Part shown: positions 50,241 through 63,911 of the stretch, piece after piece
Layout: each line of letters starts with the position of its first letter
Numbering within the stretch: position 1 is the first letter of the stretch
NCBI GenBank assembly: GCA_013265495.1
Contig: MU057632.1
Span: 294,054-358,053 of the forward strand
Direction of reading: 5' to 3'
Length of the DNA: 64,000 nt
From: Vicugna vicugna
Taxonomy: Eukaryota
Notes under the pieces: model-generated
The model's database searches: none
The model's input: only the letters and a program-made list of their open reading frames with translations
What the model was told of the DNA's origin: nothing
Position numbers and translations under genes: made by a program

Positions 50241-51576
50241 AAATACAATCCCTTAGACGACTGAGTATGATAAAAGAATCCTTGAATTTTTATTAATGCA
50301 ATTATTCTCTCTTTTAAGAATTATTGCTAGACATCGTAAACTTTTTTTGGATTATTAAAAAAATGACATAATTTTAAGTACTAAATGTTTTTTACATATA
50401 TGAACATAAATTAAGAGTAAAAAGGAACATTCATTCAATTAATGCTACATAATTTCCCAAGAGTTTTACCACCACAGATAATATTCTGATCATCTCATAT
50501 TTAGTGTGCAGTAAAGTGTGATTATAAATATCTGTATGTAACATTAGTTGGTTAATTTGAAATTTCAATACAATCAGATGGAAAGAGATGATTAATGGAC
50601 ATTCACACACCTTTACCCTCTCTTTTTCTACCTTCACTTGTTGCGACAGGGATTATTTTTCTACTAGATTGTAAAGATCTCTATTATGTTAGGAGGTGAA
50701 CTCATTTAAGAATCCAATTTAAGTCCTGAATATAATGCTGCATGCAGATTTTTGAAAAGCACTTTCACTGTATTTCTATTTATTAGGTCATTGTAACCTC
50801 ACTGCATAGGCCAACTTGCTACAAAGCAGGCTTTGGTGCCATTTGGTCTGAGTGATCCTGTTAGAAGCAGTTTACACAAAAAGACAAACTGATCCCATCC
50901 AGAAAGCGTACAGGACGTCATAAATGAAGTTTTACTCTAAGATTTCAGTGTACATATTAATAAGGCAACTATACATTTCTCCAAATGTGCATCTCTGTGT
51001 TACAAGAAGCATGACAATATACTACAAAAATAAAAATGAATGGAAACTGAATTGTGAGGGCTTGGGGGCATCACTGGAAAGGGTTCTGCTAATGGGTTAC
51101 TCTGAGGAGCTACATTTAGACTGAGAGCCCTTACCCTCGCCCAAGGTTGCTCTTGTCAGTGAATGTTAACTGCCCCTCATTTCTGCCCCTGGACACAAGG
51201 GTTTGGCCAGGCTGCACATTAGCCATGGCTGCCCCACAGAAGGGTGCAAAAACTATTTGCTGACCTACACTTCAAGTACATTTTTCAGTGCTGTCTAAGT
51301 TGTCTCTCTGATTTTCAAGTTAGAGGGCTTAGAATGATAAAATCTCAAAGCACTTTTTTACGGATTGGAATATACAATATTATCTTTTCCTCATTTCCAC
51401 TGAAGTCTAACAGAAGGAGAAAGATAAAGTGATATGAAGAGTCATTAGCATGAGACATTTACCCAATACTTCAGTTAGGATGGGTCAGTGGTACGCTACT
51501 AGATGTTTCAGCAACCAACTCCCTAGTGTAAAGCAATCCTAATCTATAGGATCTCCTGATTTCCGAGGTGTAAATA

Positions 51577-52274
51577 TGAAATGGAGCAGGACCCTATGGG
51601 GGCTTCCACGCACGGACCCCTGTCCTCCCACTATATCCTTGGTCTGCCTCTTGTCTGTAGAAACATATTAGCCAAAGAATGAATTTAATCAGACAAGTGA
51701 GAACATGCAAAATCAAAGGAAAGCAGTCAAACAAGACCAAATAATAATAGTTTAGTCATTAAATAAAATCAATGATCTTCAGTTCCTCCTCAAGGGCTAT
51801 AGATAGTATTCTGAGCCATGTCCTTTGAGCTGTTTTATAGGTATTGAAACCCCCAACAGGTGGAAGAAGTTAACTAAATGATGACCAGACTATAGCCATG
51901 ACATCAGCTGCCCCATTTCTAAGAACTGGCCTCAAAGAAATAGGAGCAAACCCACCCTGGAGCAGAAGATGAACTGTACTTAAAACAATCAGGATGATTC
52001 TGATCAGACCACCACATGATCAATTTCAAGATGACTGTCAGAGCTGACTGTGCTGGTCTGCATGGAGACCCCTCCCTCTGACTGTACAGCCCTGAAACTT
52101 CCCTTTAAAAGCTCTTGCCCGCTGACTGGTAGGGGGAGTTGGCTTTGGACATGAGTTTGCATCGTCCTTCAGTTGCCAGTCTCCAGAATAAAGCAAACTT
52201 TCCTTTCAGCCAACACTTGCCTCTCACTTATTGGCTTTTGAGCGGTGAGAAGCCAGACCTGAGTTTCAGTGACA
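51577..52274 (+). mobile_element. Solo LTR, ERV1-class
   Basis: TG...CA termini, 4-bp TSD aata/gata, TATA-like tttaaaa at 52104-52110, aataaa at 52187-52192, no internal ERV sequence. Confidence 0.82.
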
Positions 52275-52403
52275 GATACTCCCACTGTGGCCACCACCGT
52301 GACATCGCTGAATGTGAAGTTGGGAAAAGATGTGCAGTAGCTCACTCCTCCTTCACAGAGACACAAGTAACTTCCAGATCACAGATCAGAAAATTAAGAG
52401 TTT

Positions 52404-52955
52404 CAGTGTTCATAGCAGCACTATACAACAGCCAAGACATGGAAGCAACCTAAATGTCCACCAACAGATGACTGGAAAAAGAACTTGTGGTATATTTATA
52501 CAATGGAATACTACTCAGCCATAAAAAAGAATAAGATAATGCCATTTGCAGCAACATGGATGGACCTGGAGAATGCCATTCTAAGTGAAGTAAGCCAAAA
52601 AGAGAAAGAAAAATACCATATGATATCACCCATATGTGGAATCTTAAAAGAACAAAAAAGACACTATGAACTCATCTACAAAACAGAAACAGACTTGCAG
52701 ACTTAGTAAACAGGGAAAGGGGGTGGGAAGGGATAAATTCGTGAGTTTGAGATTACAAATGTTAGCCACTATATATAAAAACAGATTTTAAAAAAAGTTT
52801 CTTTTATATAGCACAGGGAACTATGTTCAATATCTTGTAATAACCTTTAATGAAAAAAATATGAGAACAAATATATGTATGTATATGCATGACTGGGACA
52901 TTGTGCTGTACTCCAAAAATTGACACATTATAACTGTACTTAAATTTAAAAAAAA
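52404..52955 (+). mobile_element. L1 3' end
   Basis: Sense ORF2 end and 3'UTR; TSD agaaaattaRga at ~52388 and ~52956. Confidence 0.92.
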
Positions 52956-54934
52956 AGAAAATTAGGATTTGATGAGTTCTGAGTATTTATTAATTGTTTT
53001 AAAGGTACTTCACTTATAAATTCATAGACTTAAAATTTAATAATGTGTGTGTTTGCCAGCTGGCTCACAAAATTCCTGAAAATTTAACACTCAGCTCTTA
53101 ACAAATTGGCATGAGCCACGTCTAGCACTTTGCTGGGGTAGGTAGGCTTTTATGTTTCTACAAATACAGTGAAGTTATGTCCTACTCATGCTTAAATTAT
53201 TGTGTTCTCTTTAATAGTGTCACAACGTTCATTTTAAACATCACTAGAAAAGCCACAAAGAAACTTGCTGAAAAACAATGAATTTTTCTTGAAGAAAAAT
53301 GGGAACTGAAAGGTACGGTTTATTATCCACTAATACTATGTACATGTCTATTTACATATGTACTGAAAAACCTCCATCTTACTGTAGCTACAGTCTATCA
53401 TCTGTCTACTATCTTCCTAGGTATATAGATTAATACAGTGAAAGATCTATATTGACCTACATATAAATACAAACTATGTTCTGAAAAAGAAACTTCAATT
53501 ATTTCCAAGAAAAATAACTCTACAAAATGTAATTTTACAAAGCTATTCATAAATAGTCTTAACTTGATTAACATGTATAGATAATTTTCATAGTATTAGT
53601 TTTCCCCTATAGTATTTACAGAACAATTTAGATTTTATGCAATCAACTTTGATGGGTGGAGAGAAATTGGTGGGGCTCAAATGGGCTGACTATGTATAAA
53701 AAAATCTAAATAACCTGCAACCTGCCTGAGGCAGGATTTTATATTTTGCCATTTACATGCCCACTTCCTCCAAAGGTGACCTTTTTCAGTAAATTGCAAG
53801 CAATGGTAATGATGATGTGGGTATTAAGAAAGCAAGTGGGAATTAAGCTTCACCCAGAGAATTCTGACATATTATGGACTGAAGGACCAGTAGCCAGACT
53901 TGTTTAGATCATAGGAGTCTTTGTTGAGTTGGTTCCAGATTAACAGCTAGAAATGAGCTCAGTCCCTGACTGCTGAGTGCTAATTAATGCCGCTAACTGT
54001 CAACGCACATTAGGAGAAGCACAAAATTGTATTTTTCAAAGAGTGTCATTAAACTAATAATTTTAGATGGATGTTGACAACTTTAAACAGCAGAGGTTTT
54101 TGGCAACTTACAAAATAAATTTGCAAGATGCTCGGCAGATTTATTCAATTAAAAAGCTGCCTAGGATTTGTTTTCTAATGTTTGAACTACTTGAAAAGGT
54201 GATGACAATATGGTCTTTAATCTGATAATACATTATTTTTATGCTATAACTTCTTCAGTTGTTTTGGGATTCAACAGGTCTTTACAAATTATTTATTTCA
54301 ATTATATATGGACCAACTTCTAAGCAATCAATTACTTTTGGGTTTTGAACATCTCTGAAAGAATCTTCCTGAACACAAGAAATATCTGTTAGTCAAGTAG
54401 CAAGTTTTTTTTAACATCTGATGAATCATGAAATTTGAAGCACTCAACTCAAAAGAAACAAACGAGATTAGGAGACATTTAGTCTATGTGAAATATAATT
54501 CAATCTTTATATACTTATCTTCTGCTGGGCCATGAGTCATGGACACATAAAATGCACATCAGCTATCTTGGAGTAACACAGCCCCAGGCAAGTAGCATTC
54601 AACCAGGAAACCTGGCTTTTTTGAGAAACTACAGACTCTGGCTGTGGCCTGGAAAGTCAGCAAACTTCCACGTTTACACAACATGTGCCTCTGAGGATTT
54701 CACATCCTTCTCCAGCACGCACTTGTCGATTTTCACAGCATCTCCGAGAACAGATAGTGGGAAAGATTATTATTCTCGCAGGAGAGCTGGGGGCAAGAGT
54801 CAAACAGGAGATGTGTCTGCCAGTAGTCACAGCGAAACTGATAGGGTGCTTCTGCCGTGCATGCAGCAGGTGCTCAATAAACATCATGTAATGGAGCTGA
54901 ATTAGAGCCTGAGCTGTCACAGCTCTGCCTCACC

Positions 54935-55012
54935 TTCCTCCCTCTGTTCCTCTCATCTATCCTCCCTCCCTTCCCTTCCATTCCCTTCCCTTCCTTCCTC
55001 CCTCCCTTCCTT
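54935..55012. repeat. CT-rich (TTCC)n-like low-complexity tract
   Basis: Visible polypyrimidine repeat. Confidence 0.8.
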
Positions 55013-55968
55013 TTTGTTATTTCACATATCATAGTTAATTTTATTTGTTCCAGGGCTCATATTGCAAGCATTAAACCAAGCATGACCTTTGACTCTTTGA
55101 GCCCAGATTCACATGTTTAAAAAGATAAAAGCAAACGGTGATCTATGTCCATGGATGAAAACTAAAAGCTCACGGTTAATCACATGGCCGTTTAAAAATT
55201 TCTACAGCCTGGAATTCAGAAGTCACCGCTCTTTAGGTCCTCCTGTACTTTTCTGGAGTTACATAACCTTAATCATCTTTCAGCCTCTGGTTGATACTCC
55301 TTTACCTGGAAAGCAGACCTTGAGCAATTCTGAAATAAATAAAAGATCATTCCAACAGTGCAAATGACCTCGGAAAAGTAAACTACTTTAGATCCAAACC
55401 AAAGACCAGATATGAACGATCTCCCATTGAATTGGACCGTGATTCTGTTCTCTTTGTGAATGGCTGAGACAGGACTGAGCCAGCCTTATATCTCCTACCT
55501 GATGATAAACCTTCCTAGAAATCATAAGTGCTTCTACATAAATATTTTCTTCCTTGAGAAAAACACCTGCTGTTATAAAATTTCTTGTCTTTAAGAAAAA
55601 ACACATACAAAGTGATTACACTTACAAGAAGGAAATCGGCAAAAGTTAGTATCTTCAAAAAACATACACAGTAGATCACTACATTTAGATAAGGGATATA
55701 TCTGATGCAGAAAAATGTTCTTAAATGTTAGAGTGTTTAAAGTTCTGGGTGTTTCTTATAAATTCCAGGGTGTCAGAGACTCTGGGGTGGTTTGGGAATT
55801 ACTGGAAATACATCTACTATGGAGTGGGGCAGAGGAAAGTTTATGAGTGAGCAGTGAGGACATGATGGGATCAATGGTTGGTCCATGGACACTCCCATTG
55901 TTGAAGAAGTGTTCTCTCTCCACCATCATGGAGGGCTAAGTACAAAGAAGCATGGTTGCACCATTTTA

Positions 55969-56091
55969 TTGTATGTTTTTTGGGGGGTAGTAATTAGGTT
56001 TATTTATTTATTTAATGGAGGCACTGGAGATTGAACCCAAGACCTCGTGCATGGTAGGCATGCGCTCTACCACTGAACTATACCCTCCTCC
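55969..56091 (-). mobile_element. Vic-1-like SINE
   Basis: tRNA-like head and tail; TSD tgcaccatttta at 55957-55968 and 56092-56103. Confidence 0.92.
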
Positions 56092-57255
56092 TGCACCATT
56101 TTAGTTTTGAATTGCTGGAAACTTTCAGCCTTCTCCTTGGCCCCTTTCCTCAGAAGCTGTTTGGTAGGCATGCAGTGTTAACTCCTACCTCTCCATTGAC
56201 TTTCCACAAGCCAACATGTAGCCTTGTGGCGCTAGCCTGGGACCCAGCTGGACTTTCCCTAGATCTGCAGGAGAACAGTGCCTCTGAAGGGATTCAGAAG
56301 GACCTGCCTCATCTTCTCATGCATTTTAACAGCACTGATTCTGGATCATTGCTTTTCCATTTATTCAACTATTTAACGATTGCTTTGGGAATATTTAGAT
56401 GTAATAATTGGAATTTCAAATTCTCTTGGCTATCTGGCTAGTTAAGTTGGCCTACTCTTCCTTTTTCTCTCTTTTTCTCTTTCAATCAATACATAGTTGG
56501 CTGTCTTACAGTGGAGCAGAGTCACATACATACGTTTAACTTCCTCTATCAGATATCTGAGGTAAGGAATGATGTTTCTGTACGCTGCCTGCCAGCCATT
56601 TTCCTCTTGGGTTAGACTGACTTTGAAGGAAGGGCAAAGTGTTATTTGAATTACAAAGCCAGCTAAGAATACCCCTTTCTTCAGTCCAAATTGCTCAAGG
56701 AAACTTTAATTTTAATCTTGCTAACTAAGTATATTTGTGGTGAATGAATCATCATTGATCGATGTAGATTTTTATCAATATCACAACCTTTTCACTAGTA
56801 AACCTTATCAATACTAAAAGGCTGTCCTGTGAGTTTTTTGTGAAGATATTACATGAGGAGGCAACACTGACCCTTCCTAGCTCCCGTATCCTTACCCCCC
56901 TGGGACACAGGAGAGATTAGTTTCAGATACTTCCTTTGAAACTGAACAATTTTCATGGGGCGGGGTTCCTTTCCCAGCTTTTTAGAAATACAATACCAGA
57001 AAGTTCAGGTTCTCTGCAGATATTCACTGCTTGTGATAAATTATTCTGGTTACACAAGCAAATTGAATTTAAATGTCTGATCTGTTTGGTTTTCTACCCT
57101 TAAGGAAGGAGCTGACAATCTTTCTACAGTTTGGAGGTAGTTTGCGGGTCTCTGCTGATTCACTCTCTCATGAAGAAAGTGGGTGCAGAGGACAAGAATA
57201 TCCCTCTGTGGAAACATTAGGCTGCTTTTCCTTCTTTACAAGTTTCTCTACATGA

Positions 57256-57920
57256 GACAGACTTACCATATCATCCAATAATTCCACTCCAGGGCATATA
57301 TACAGAGGAAACTCTAATTTGAAAAGATATATGCACCCTAGTGTTCACACAGCAGCACTATTTAAAATAGCCAAGACATGGAAGCAACATAAATGTCCAT
57401 CAATAGATCACTGGATAAAGAAGATGTGGTCTATATATACAATGGAACACTACTCAGCCATAAAAAGAATAAAATAATGCCATTTGCAGCAACATGGATG
57501 GACCTGGAGAATGTCATTCTAAGTGAAATAAGCTAGGAAGAGAAAGAAAAATAACACATGATCTCATTCATATGTGTAATCTAAAAAAAAAAGACAAATG
57601 AACTTATTTACAAAACAGAAACAGACTCAAAGATATAGAAAACAAACTTATGGTTACCAGGGGCAAAAGGGGTGGGAAGGGATCAGTTGGGAGTTCAAGA
57701 TTTGCAGATACTAACTACTATATACAAAATAGATATACAACGAGTTTATACTGTATGGCACAGGGAGTTATAGTCAGTATCTTGCAGTAGTAACCTATAA
57801 TGAAAAAGAATCTGAAAAGGAATATATGTATGTACATGTATGACTGAAGCATGATGCTGTACACCAGAAACAGACACAACATTGTAAACTGATTATACTT
57901 CAATAATAAAAAAAATGCAA
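57256..57920 (+). mobile_element. L1 3' end
   Basis: Sense ORF2 end and 3'UTR; TSD aagtttctctRcatga at 57240-57255 and 57921-57936. Confidence 0.93.
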
Positions 57921-58919
57921 AAGTTTCTCTGCATGATGCAAATATTAGTGATTGGTTGGTTACATGGCAAGCTTCCATCGGCTAGTACCTTCCTAACATC
58001 TGGCACAGAGCAAGAGTTGAGATGCAGGGAGAGGGGAGGAATGGAGGTACAATGTCACTGGGAGATGACACAGAGGCTGAAGTGGGCCTCATAGGGTTTC
58101 AAAAAACTTTCCATTTCTGAGCCTTGCCTAAGACCAATTCCCTATTGCTAGTAAATCTTTCACTCTTCTACTTTTTTAGTGAATCACTGCCTGCCCTTCT
58201 ATCATTGTCATCACCATTAAAAGACCCAGTTACGGCAAGGTATTTTCCCCAGGACCTCAATCTGGTAGCATCCTTTGAGAAAGCAAATCAGTAGCTTCCC
58301 CTCTCCTCCATTGCTTATTTTCTAGCACGGCACAATCATGGAGCAAGGCAGAGGTTTTCACACTTGGATTTCAAAGAATGAGGCCCACTTTGGTCTTCTG
58401 AGTAACTTATCCAAATGAGTAAGGTTCCCATCAGGGCTTCCAACTTGGAAGACTACACCTTTAGAGCAAGACCCTTGTACTCAAAAACAGTTCTGGAACT
58501 GATGAAAATAAACTGTGACCGATGCCTTTGAATACCTTGCCTCTGAGGATCGATTTGATTCTTTCAACAGCCAAATGTCACCCAGAGCCAACTCTGGAGA
58601 AGAAGATATGTGGTCCTGCAGGATGATCTTCTTTGGTTAAAAAAGTGGTGGGACTATAAAGCCATTAGTGTAAGTTGTGTGTGCTTGTGGCTTATACGTT
58701 GGCTCTGAAGTCAGCCCCAGAGATAGCCCCACAACTGTTTAGAGAATTGATGATGCGATGAGTGCAAGGTGAGGAGTGTCTTAAGGGGTCTGTTCCAAAA
58801 CTATACACACAGGAGAACAACATGATGTAGTATTTGTTTGAATTCATTATTTTACTGCCGTAAGTATTCTATTGTAGTTTGATGTCTTCCTCTAAGCGGT
58901 GGAGTATCATTTATTTTTT

Positions 58920-59078
58920 AAAAATAAACTTTATCTATTTATTATTATGTTATTTTATTTTTTGGCAGGGTGAGGTAATTAGGCGTTATTATTTATCTTT
59001 ACAGGAGTACTGGGGACTGAACGCAGGACCTTGTACATGCTAAGCATGTGCTCTGCCACTTGAGCTATATCCTCCCCC
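58920..59078 (-). mobile_element. Vic-1-like SINE
   Basis: tRNA-like head plus 'gaggtaattagg' tail. Confidence 0.88.
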
Positions 59079-59647
59079 ACCTCATTCATTTATTTATCTG
59101 CTCATTTCACAAGGATTTGCTCATCCACGTAGGGTTAAAGTTAAGAGAAGGGCCCTGAGCCAGACTGGTGGGTCCAAAGACAACCAGGACGCCTGGGACA
59201 AGGCTATCCAGCTGCTCTGATGCTCTGTATCCCCATCTGAGGATACAGTATTAGCGTTGTTGGGGGATCGGTGAGCCTGCCTGATGCCCAAAGGAAGTAC
59301 TTCACAGATGTCAGTCATCACCAAAGCTTCACTGGCCACCCATTCTGTATCGCTCACTGTGCTGCTAAAATTCTTGATTTGGGATTCAAGTGAATTAACA
59401 TGATAATTAATAACTGAAAGAAATTTCAATTAAAAATAACAATGAAATAAACAACATTACCTTCATATGACTACTTATTTAAAATTGCACAGATATAAAA
59501 CTCTCTAAACATATTTGCAGATTTATCTAGGTAATTGTACCGGTGACCAACACATGACTTATTTAGGACAACAGTAGCTGGATGATAGTGATTTTTAAAT
59601 TCATACATGCTAATGGCCCTGAAAAATCCTTATTAAAAGCAACTGAT

Positions 59648-59736
59648 TTTTTTTTTTTAATGGAGGTACTGGGGATTGAACTCAGGACCTCATGCATGCT
59701 AGGCATGCACTGTACCACTGAGCTCTACCCACCCCC
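59648..59736 (-). mobile_element. Vic-1-like SINE (head plus polyA only)
   Basis: tRNA-Ala-like head directly followed by A-tail; TSD aaagcaactgat at 59636-59647 and 59737-59748. Confidence 0.92.
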
Positions 59737-61104
59737 AAAGCAACTGATGTTTTACTCTGAAAGCTTTTAGCATTTGAACTATAAAAAGCACATTACCTTC
59801 AAATAACAATATTTGAAGTATGAGCTGTATAGAAATATTCTGCATAAAACTCCATGACTATTCTTTAGGAAATGTCGCACGCTTACAAAGATGAAATAGT
59901 TTTGGATCAAATAATAAGTAAGATGGTGCTCTAATAAGACCTCTTCCAGGGATTCTGCTAGCTGAACTCCCACGGCCAGAACCCACATCTGACTTGTAGA
60001 AATGTGGAGCTCAGTAGGACAACACTCTGGAATCTTTCCTTTCTCGTCACAAAGGACTGCTGTTGAGTCATTCTTTCCATTTGTATGTGCTTATGCCTTC
60101 ATTGTATATACTCCCTGCGTATAAACAGTGCGCCTGAATTTCTCATATGGTGGGCAGTATTAGAAGTACCCTTCTGCTTAAGAGGATGTTGAAGAATAAG
60201 AAAGCCTTCCCATAAGGCTTTCCAAACAATAGTTTTAGTTTAAGATGGATCCCACCAAAGGTATGATTTCCCAGTTATTTTGGCAGTTGCAATTACAGTT
60301 TCTGGGGCTTAAATGCTTAATTAGGAGCCGTTGGAAAGTCTCATGTCAAGCTAAAAATATTTCTAATGTACACTCTGCTTACTCAAAGCTGCATGGAGCT
60401 GTAATTTACAAAGGAAACTTGTTTCCTTAATTGTTGTGTCAGTCAGCACAAGCGAAGGGAGCAGGCAGAGAATAATTTGTTTATATTTAGCCGTGAAATG
60501 CCACAACCTTCATGCAATTTAGGGAAAGGCTAGGTATGTCAGTTCTATAGAACTGACTGAATGCTTTACAGTTGGCTTTACTTTTTTTAAAGCCCGGACT
60601 TCGCAGGATTTTTATGTAGGGCTTCTGTCATTGCAGTTTTGCTTCACTTGCAAGCAAAGACTTGAGTAAGGTTGATTAGTTGATGTCCGTGTTTGTATCA
60701 CAGTGAGTCATCACAGAAAGTGAGATTAATAGAAAATATAGACCAGCAATGTAGAGTTTGAATCACAGAGGTTTATTTTACCTGGATTCTACTGTTTGTA
60801 TACTGTCTTTGGTTTTTGACGAGTATGTTTCATTTTGGAATAGATTCAGAGATGAATAAACCCAAGAGAAGTGCACATTTTCAGGACGACTCATCCATTC
60901 ACCAAGTGTGACGAGGGAAAAGGGGAAAAACAAAGCAAAATGAGCAAACAAGAAGGAACAATGCCTTGAGCCTCTACCAGGACTCTCTGGCTTTCAAAGA
61001 AGCTTCACACCTATGGCTGCAACCTTTCCAGACAGAGCGTACAAGATGTGTTCTCTTGAGAGGTGCTCACCCCCCACAACGTGTCAGGGTCCACCTCATG
61101 TTCA

Positions 61105-61250
61105 GGCTTGAGAGTTACGTGGATGCGGGCTGCAATCCCACTTCTGCCACCTCCATCCTGTGTCCTTGGGTAAACAACACAGTGTCTCTGAGTGTCAGGT
61201 TCCTCCTCTGAAGATGGGGATGATGACGACTGTTTACAGGTTGTCTGGAC
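61105..61250 (+). mobile_element. MIR SINE
   Basis: 'aatcccacttctgccac..ctgtgtccttgggtaa..tctctgagtgtcaggttcctcctctgaagatggggatgat'. Confidence 0.78.
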
Positions 61251-61657
61251 ACACAGATGGTACCCACTCAATGAGTCACAAGTGTCAATTCTTCTCATCA
61301 AGGTTGCTCTCTAGCCCTCCAAGCAGAGCGAATACTTTCCAGCTATTGCAGAAAGACAAGGCCAAAGGAGAATGAACACTGGAGACTTTTCACTGAACTC
61401 AGGAAGAGAGAAAGGTGTTTCACTCTCTGGAAATCACCTCAACAGATCAACATCTCATGTCACGCTCCATTCCACACTGCAGTAACTTCCAAGTGTTATT
61501 TCTTTGACGTGACCCTCCCCCATCAGAAAACTTTTTGGCCTGATCACTAATGAACCCCTGCTTTATGATGTATGGGGATTTCCAGGGTATGTAATCTTTT
61601 GATAGTTCTCACTTGTTCTATTCTTGAGTTAGTTTTGATTAAAATTATTTTTGTACT

Positions 61658-61968
61658 CAAAAAACTAAAAATAGAACTACCCTATGATCCAGTAATTCCA
61701 CTGCTAGGTATATATATTTAAAAAAACCCCAAGACACTAATTCAAAAAGATACATGCACCCCAGTGTTCACTGCAGCATTATTTACAATTGCCATGATAC
61801 GAAAGCACCCTAAATGTCCATTGAAGGGTGACTGGAAAAAGAAGATTTTTTTATATATGTAAACCTGTATATATTTTATACACATACACACACACACAAT
61901 AGAACATTACTCAGCGATAAAAAGAATGCAATCTTGCCATTTGCAGCAACATGGCTGGACTTGGAGGA
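61658..61968 (+). mobile_element. L1 ORF2 C-terminal fragment (3' end missing)
   Basis: 'ctcaaaaaactaaaaatagaactaccctatgatccag..gccatttgcagcaacatgg'. Confidence 0.88.
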
Positions 61969-62384
61969 GGCTAGATTCAAGTTGGATTTTCTCAGTAGTC
62001 CTACTCTAAGCATTGCAATGGATTACTCAAAAAGTGATGGAGAAACTCTCTGTAGTTATCTGAGGGCAGGGTTGATTTCTCAACAGTCCTGGTGCTTGTA
62101 AGGACCAGGGACAAAAGTAACATGTAGCCTTCGATCTTGTGTGGTGTGACTGTATGGAACAGTGTGCTTGCCACATGGCATGTGTATCCTATCAGGGTTG
62201 CTGCAGACAGAGGCTCCAAGGAGCCCTCTGACCCACGGTCTCCAGAGATGTACATGTTACTGCAATGTGTTTCTGGCAAATAGCAAAATGTTTGTTCTAC
62301 AAAATAGATGCAGGAGTTTCCTCTTCTGGTGTGGAAGAAGAGGGTCCTAATGGAACCTTTTGCAAATAGCTATAAATTCTGATC

Positions 62385-62990
62385 AAAACACCAAAAAACA
62401 GCTACCCGAAGGCTCTGAAGAGTGAACAAACATAGCAATATTTTGAGAGGAGTGAAAACTTGAACGAAGAAACTAGCAGGGGTTGAGTTTCAGATCTTTG
62501 CAGCTTTACCCCGAGGGCAGCTGGGGCCACCTACGGAAGGAGCCGCAGGGCCGAGGTTTGTGTGTAAATTCTGCCCAAGGCACTTCCTGGCCCCCCGAAG
62601 CTCACATGTGAGACCTGCTCACAGTAGTCTGGACAGTGGTCTGGGCCGCCAGCCGACGCAGGGGAGATGGCATGGTGTGTGCCCAACCAAGATGACCATC
62701 TGCTAACACGGACCCTCAACATCCTTTACAGGAACCGTCTCCCCCACATGATGCTCACACTATCCAAGAGACGATCCAGAATTATTTGCCAAAAGGCAAG
62801 GAAAACGCTGCACATTTCCAAGGGGAAAACAGCCAACGCATGCCATCCCTGAGACGACCTCGATGTTGGAATTAGCAAACAAGGATTTTAAAGCAGTTAT
62901 TACGAAATGCCTCAGGGGATAAAACAAACTGTGCCCACAAAGAAGACAATGATATAAAATTTCAGTAGAGAAAATTAAAAAATAAAACCA
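62385..62990 (+). mobile_element. Old L1M 5'UTR/ORF1-start fragment
   Basis: 'gatgttggaattagcaaacaaggattttaaagcagttatta' (MLELANKDFKAVI-type ORF1 N-terminus of L1M families). Confidence 0.7.
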
Positions 62991-63619
62991 ATATATTACA
63001 ACAATTTCTAAATATGTGGAAAAGGTACCTGGAGGAAAGGGTGTCTTTTTTTTTTTTTTTACTATACAAAGATACTGTATATATATATTCCTGGAAAAGA
63101 CCTAAAGTCTATTGCCCTCAGAAGGCCATAAAATAGTTAAAGCTAAACCAGGAAAAATGGCTTTTCAGTACTTGGAATCAGCCTCATATAAAAAGTGAGC
63201 TAAAACATCATTTAGCAATGCTAGGTGAGAATTAAAACATGCAGAATTTCCCCTCAGTTCCATATCCTAACAGACTTCCAGGAAATATAACATATAACAA
63301 CATTTATAAAGAGAATATCAGCTAAATAAAGTGGTGTGAAGCTAATTCCTCACAGATGTTTGGTTTGTAACTATCCTTTTTTAAAATGTTGGTGTTTCTT
63401 TTAGGTTGTAGAAGGCGAAATATGTACAGATTATAATTCATGAAAAGTGAAAGGGAGATAATTTGTGAGCAATCTTATTGTAAGTTATGTTATGAAGCTA
63501 TGATTAATATATTTAGTCACAAAGATGGTAGGGAGTACCTGTGAATGATTACTGAGTTTATTTAATGATCTCCGTTTATGAAGTACTATTTGTTTATTTC
63601 TTCAGGGGATACAGAGGTC

Positions 63620-63911
63620 TTTTTTCAAAATTTATTGCAGTATAGTTGATTTACAGTGTTAGTTTCAGGCATACAGCAAAGTGATTGAGTCATACATATA
63701 TATACATGAATATATTTCCTTTCAGATTTTCTTCCATTATATGTTATTACAAGAAATTGATTATAGTTCCCTGCTCTATACAGTAGGTCCTTGTTGTTTA
63801 TCTATTTTGTATATAGTAATGTCTGTCTGTTAATCTCGAATCCCTAATTTATCCCTCACCATCCTTTCCCCTTTGGTAACCTAACCATAGTCTGTTTTCT
63901 ATGTCTGTGAG
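63620..63911 (-). mobile_element. L1 3' end
   Basis: Antisense L1 3'UTR; TSD tacagaggt at 63610-63618 and 63912-63920. Confidence 0.9.

Larger units (their letters stand above)
51486..53135 (-). mobile_element. MER63-like hAT-Blackjack element split by an LTR and an L1
   Basis: Pieces at 51486-51576, 52275-52403 and 52956-53135 join into MER63B-like text ('gatttccgaggtgtaaata|ctcccac', 'ggctcacaaaattcctgaaaatttaaca'); degenerate 8-bp TSD ggatgggt/gggtaggt. Confidence 0.75.

Noticed and set aside
52485..52706. [19 protein letters not shown] (and similar at 49498-49722)
   Set aside because: L1 ORF2 C-terminal remnant in truncated copies; not a gene.
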